Source: Dehalococcoidia bacterium
Lineage (GTDB): Bacteria > Chloroflexota > Dehalococcoidia > Lucifugimonadales > Australimonadaceae
Reading direction: 5' to 3'
Assembly (NCBI GenBank): GCA_022449765.1
Contig: JAKUPZ010000003.1
Location: 92,441-156,440 of the forward strand
Length of the DNA stretch: 64,000 nucleotides
Positions 60,343 to 64,000 of this stretch are shown piece by piece (position 1 is the first letter of the stretch; every line of letters begins with the position of its first letter). The position numbers and the translations under genes are program-made. The notes beneath the pieces were generated by a model. It had not been told where the DNA came from and did no database searches. It saw nothing but the letters and a program-made list of their open reading frames with translations.

Positions 60343-60413
60343 GCTACACAGTGTATAGGGCGATTAAGGAAGGGCCAACTATATTGGCCGGTGTATTGTT
60401 AGAGATGGGAATA

Positions 60414-60434
60414 GCCCCCTCCGACACAGGGGGC
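60414..60434 (-). terminator. GC-rich hairpin downstream of the RRM gene (terminator candidate)
   Basis: The minus strand reads GCCCCCT-gtgtcgg-AGGGGGC followed by tattcccatctct. Starts 17 nt after the stop. Confidence 0.5.
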
Positions 60435-60450
60435 GCTTCCAACTTAACTT

Positions 60451-60717
60451 CTAGTTTCGAAATCCTCCCCGATCTTCACGAGGTCGGGCTTCATTTACGT
60501 TTAAAGTCCTTCCAGCTAAATCGGTTCCATTCAGTCCTTCAATAGCACTCTGAGCTTGGCCGCCATCTGGCATTTCCACGAAGCCAAAGCCACGGGACCT
60601 TTCTGTGTAGCGGTCAATTGCTACGCGAGCTTCAACGACTTCGCCAAATTGCTCAAAAGCACCTCGTAACTCGTCGTCATTGGTGCTATAACTTAAATTT
60701 CCAACGTATATCCGCAT
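60451..60717 (-). CDS. RRM-type RNA-binding protein (glycine-poor short form)
   Basis: ATG 60717 lies 8 nt after AGGAGAAAG. RNP2 IYVGNL and RNP1 RGFGFVEM. Confidence 0.87.
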   Translation of the reverse strand: MRIYVGNLSYSTNDDELRGAFEQFGEVVEARVAIDRYTERSRGFGFVEMPDGGQAQSAIEGLNGTDLAGRTLNVNEARPREDRGGFRN

Positions 60718-60873
60718 TCGGTGCACTTTCTCCTATATACCCAAACAACTCGGAGGCACCGCTACCTTTCGGCGTGTCGGTCCGCTGGGAACTTCTGGTA
60801 GCCACTCAAGCTCATGGGCACCCTTTTCGTAGGGTGACTTGGTATCAGTATACTACGAATTAGCAAACTGAGA

Positions 60874-62526
60874 CTAAATGACTCCTAGCATGTGATACTG
60901 GACGCGATTTTTCCTTTGTACGCCCATCTTCATTATTTGCCTTGCCGGACGTGTTGCCTCATTGGGGAACACTTTTATCCATTCCTTGTCAATTATAGGA
61001 ATATCGGCATAATCCTGAACTAAGATGGTTACTAGCCCGATGTCGTCGACTATACCTTTACCGCTTTCCACTAATGACACTAGGTTTTGTAATCCATGGG
61101 CTGCCTGCCCTTCAATTCCTTCAACAGGCTCAAGCTTATCGTTACTATTTGGATCAACTCCTGATACCCCTGAGGAGCAGTACAGGTTTCCTATGCGCGC
61201 ACCCATTGGAATCGGATCGTGATGCCCATGGCCTTCAATTTCATGGTTTGATCGGGTTTCGTTGATGTTTCCGATCACTTGGATTTGTATTTGACCGGAC
61301 ATTGGATACCGGAATGTTTTACGCGCAGCTTGGTAAGAGTTAAGGGGCCATGCCTCGAGGTATACATCAACCATAAATGGCTGATAAGCGAAGTCGTTCA
61401 AATAGACCCATTGCAGTGCTATATCGTCTACCGTGCCACCAGCTTTTTCCATAAAAACTCTCATGTTTTCAAAACACTTATCAGTTTGAGCATCTTCCCC
61501 AATTACCGGTTCAGAAGTTGATAAATCCCAAGGCACTATTACTGAAGAGAATACATAGCTACCCATTCTGACACCATTTGGTAATGGGTCTTTGTGAGTC
61601 AATCCTTGAATTTCTATGCTGGTTCTTTTTTCTCCGGCTACTCCAATTGCCTGTAGCTGGACCCCCCCCTTTCCGGCAGGAAGAGGGAACGAGGTGGTTT
61701 TTCGTGCTGGTCTATTGTTAGCGTCGGGAAATAACTCTAGCCAACCAGGATTGATATGCGCACGAAAGTCTTGATTGTCGATGAAATTTGTTATTAGGCC
61801 TATTTCATCTGTTGAATGCCCCGCAGCTTCTACCAATGTTTTCAAATTTCCCCAAGCATTTTTAAACTGAAGAGCAGGTTCTTCTGGGATTTCTCCTGTA
61901 GCCAAATTGATACCCGATATTCCAGATGTGAATAACAAGCCTCCAACCTCTACAAAATCGGGTGCGATACCTTCTTGAGAAGATAGCCCGGGAAGGTTGG
62001 TAATTTTTTTAAATTTACTTTGCGAAGGGGCAATATTAACGGCTAGGGGGATTGTTTTTGCGGGTCTAAGTGCTGGCCTAATATCTTTGTTTTGAAGACG
62101 CAGCATAGTTTCCGGTCCTACCAACGCTTCTGCACCTGCTAGGGCTAACTTTTCATCTTCGTCCTCGTTACCTGTTCCACTAACACCTATCCCTCCGATA
62201 ACTTGGCTTCTGCGATGAATGGTTAACCCTCCATGGAGAGTAGTAATTTTATTATTGGACCAGTCTGCGATTGTACGACCGTCATGGGTGATTTGTTGAC
62301 GGTAAATTGAAGTATCACGCCCGATGTAGGATGCAGTGTAAGCCTTCCGCTCAGCATTAAGTACATCACTGGCAGATGTACCATCTTGCCTGATCAATAG
62401 GACTATTTCGCCATTTTCATCTACTATCGCGACAGCAAAAGGATTTCCTGCAGAGATTCCTTTTGAAAGAATGGCGTCGATAGCCCTTTGAGCATCTTCT
62501 ATCTCAAGAGTTTCTTTTGAGGGCAT
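60874..62526 (-). CDS. fusion protein: GlcG/DUF336 domain + three tandem RidA (YjgF/YER057c/UK114)-like domains
   Basis: Residues 1 to about 140 parallel the standalone ORF 62820-63260 (ERKAYTAS / ARAKAYTAA; TTLHGGLTI / TTLQGGLVI; VIGGIGVSG / VIGGIAMSG). Residues from about 175 to 550 hold three repeats of about 120 aa, each ending with an (P/A)AR(K/Q) motif (RPARKT, QAARKT, RPARQI). Confidence 0.75.
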   Translation of the reverse strand: MPSKETLEIEDAQRAIDAILSKGISAGNPFAVAIVDENGEIVLLIRQDGTSASDVLNAERKAYTASYIGRDTSIYRQQITHDGRTIADWSNNKITTLHGGLTIHRRSQVIGGIGVSGTGNEDEDEKLALAGAEALVGPETMLRLQNKDIRPALRPAKTIPLAVNIAPSQSKFKKITNLPGLSSQEGIAPDFVEVGGLLFTSGISGINLATGEIPEEPALQFKNAWGNLKTLVEAAGHSTDEIGLITNFIDNQDFRAHINPGWLELFPDANNRPARKTTSFPLPAGKGGVQLQAIGVAGEKRTSIEIQGLTHKDPLPNGVRMGSYVFSSVIVPWDLSTSEPVIGEDAQTDKCFENMRVFMEKAGGTVDDIALQWVYLNDFAYQPFMVDVYLEAWPLNSYQAARKTFRYPMSGQIQIQVIGNINETRSNHEIEGHGHHDPIPMGARIGNLYCSSGVSGVDPNSNDKLEPVEGIEGQAAHGLQNLVSLVESGKGIVDDIGLVTILVQDYADIPIIDKEWIKVFPNEATRPARQIMKMGVQRKNRVQYHMLGVI

Positions 62527-62528
62527 GA

Positions 62529-62816
62529 CTAAACACCTTCAACTACAAATACATTCGACGTCGCTGCAGTTTCTCGTATGCCAATTATTGCTTGATATTC
62601 TTTTGAGTAATACCAATTGTTGAGGGAGTCCATATCAGGGAATTCAATGATTACTGTTCGCGCAGGTTCCCATTCACCTTCAAGAACCTTACTTCCCCCG
62701 CCACGAACTAGAAATTTACCGCCATACATGGCAATAGTATCGGGAACTTGACTGCTATAAGACTTGTAAGATTCAGGGTCATTTATACTCACATTTGCAA
62801 CTACATAAGCACTCAT
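62529..62816 (-). CDS. DUF1330-family (dimeric alpha/beta-barrel) protein
   Basis: 95 aa. MSAYVVANVSINDPESYKSY...GGKFLVRGG...VIIEFPD pattern. Confidence 0.72.
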   Translation of the reverse strand: MSAYVVANVSINDPESYKSYSSQVPDTIAMYGGKFLVRGGGSKVLEGEWEPARTVIIEFPDMDSLNNWYYSKEYQAIIGIRETAATSNVFVVEGV

Positions 62817-62819
62817 AAT

Positions 62820-63260
62820 TTATACCTCCAAAGCCTGTAATCCAATGCTTGCTAAAGCTTCATCTCGCATGGTTGAATTCCCGCTCATCGCGATTCCACC
62901 AATAACATGATTAGTCTTTGATTTAATGACCAGTCCTCCTTGGAGAGTAGTCAGTTTAGGGTCACCCCAATCTCCTAAGCTCCGACTAGAAGCTTTAACG
63001 AAATCATCACGAAACACGACCGTGTCAATACCAAGACGCGCAGCGGTATATGCTTTTGCGCGAGCTCTACCAAGCATTCTGGCGGGAGCCCCGTTTTGCC
63101 GCATACAAAGTACTTCAATGCCATTCGAATCAGTTATAGCTAATGCCCCTGGGCTGTCAGCTGAAGTCATAGCGTTAACGATGGCATCCCTAGCCTTTGT
63201 AGCTTCACTCAGGCTTATGCTCGTTGTTTCAAACATTAGTGCCCCCTTTAACTCAGGCAT
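62820..63260 (-). CDS. GlcG/DUF336 (HbpS-like) protein
   Basis: 146 aa. ...AKAYTAARLG..., TTLQGGLVI, VIGGIAMSG motifs typical of DUF336. Confidence 0.75.
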   Translation of the reverse strand: MPELKGALMFETTSISLSEATKARDAIVNAMTSADSPGALAITDSNGIEVLCMRQNGAPARMLGRARAKAYTAARLGIDTVVFRDDFVKASSRSLGDWGDPKLTTLQGGLVIKSKTNHVIGGIAMSGNSTMRDEALASIGLQALEV

Positions 63261-63290
63261 ATTAATACTTTTGATATGCCTGAGGAAGAA

Positions 63291-64000
63291 TTAGGAAACT
63301 TGATTGAGAAATCCGATCAGAAGCTGGTTGTACAGATCTGAATGCTCTATTTGAGGCCAATGCGCACAGTGCGGGAGGATGATGGTAGTGCAACTGGGTA
63401 TAACCGAGCCCGCTTTGATTGCAGCATCCATTAAAATTTCTCGGTGCGTGCTAGGGTAAAACCAAATTTCATCCCTACCATGTAATAAAAGAGTAGGAAC
63501 TTGAAGCAGATGTAAATAATCTACAGAACCGTCTGATCCTCGTCTTTTTATTTGGCCTAGGGAGTTTTCCTTTGCGAATTCATAAGCATCCCGATCATTA
63601 AGTGTGTTTAACCGGCAGCGGGTAATTTCATCCACCATCGGATGATCTCTGTCATAGAAGAAATCTGCTGTGGCTTTATACATATCTTCATAACTCAACT
63701 GAGGTTTAGAAAACATCTCCCTGCCAAAGTCCATACGAGGCGTAGCACGAACCGCCCCTAATTATCATACTACATTTGTCTCGACACTCGGATCACAACC
63801 ACTGATCGTTAAGCTAAGGAACAATTCGGGGTCGTCTGAAGCAAACTTACTGATAGTCATTCCTCCCATGGAATTACCAACAAGATGAGGATTACGTATT
63901 TCTAAAGACTCAATAAATGTATGGAGGAAATAGACAGGCTTGGGGGTTTTTGCATTTGGATTGAGAGTTTTTGAGTTACCGAACCCCGGGGCATCCGGTG
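63291..64000 (-). pseudogene. alpha/beta-fold hydrolase (C-C bond/meta-cleavage-product hydrolase-like) interrupted by an in-frame TGA-TAA; 5' end outside the window
   Basis: The upstream part (64000 to 63768) encodes ...PDAPGFGNS...HLVGNSMGG (nucleophile elbow) and ends at TGA (63767-63765) TAA (63764-63762). The same frame resumes and holds ATG 63734, the HGRDE Asp region, and HCAHWPQIEH (catalytic His). Confidence 0.6.

Overview
Gene-dense chromosomal window from an AT-rich bacterium whose rRNA is visibly more GC-rich than its coding sequence. The gene content suggests a monoderm-type Chloroflexota lineage, possibly a marine SAR202/Dehalococcoidia-like organism. The supporting content is a 16S rRNA followed only by tRNA-Ile with no 23S, RNase Y plus YmdB, PdxS/PdxT, a Ycf45-like R3H ATPase, an LLM-type oxidoreductase, and GAAC-N4-GTTC LexA-type boxes. 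This taxonomic call is inference; a 16S database search would settle it.

Most of the window is housekeeping:
- A conserved minus-strand block rpsB-tsf-pyrH-frr-uppS-cdsA-dxr-rseP-ispG-proS.
- pdxS/pdxT, tmk, prfB (with the classical +1 frameshift), recA, rny, nadE, rpsU, uvrA, era, plsY, dtd, rsmG.
- Three tRNAs: Pro-GGG, Ile-GAU, Gly-CCC.
- A znuABC-type metal uptake operon.

I saw no CRISPR array, transposase, integrase or prophage genes.

Most noteworthy observations:
1. A minus-strand operon at 60.9-64.0 kb. It encodes a 550-aa single-chain fusion of one GlcG/DUF336 domain with three tandem RidA-like domains, plus DUF1330, a second GlcG paralog, and an alpha/beta hydrolase interrupted by an in-frame TGA-TAA.
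2. Two tandem LexA (Cheo-type) boxes in front of an unrecognisable 201-aa gene, followed by a Cys4+HTH mini-regulator.
3. An ino1 / PimA-like GT4 / CDP-alcohol phosphatidyltransferase operon.
4. Paired 16-bp operator-like boxes between a zinc-ribbon gene and znuABC.
5. A pdxT whose conserved N-terminus has no canonical start codon.
6. A biotin-dependent carboxylase alpha subunit split at a TAATG junction, with no carboxyltransferase gene nearby.

All family assignments come from motif recognition by eye. No database search was run.
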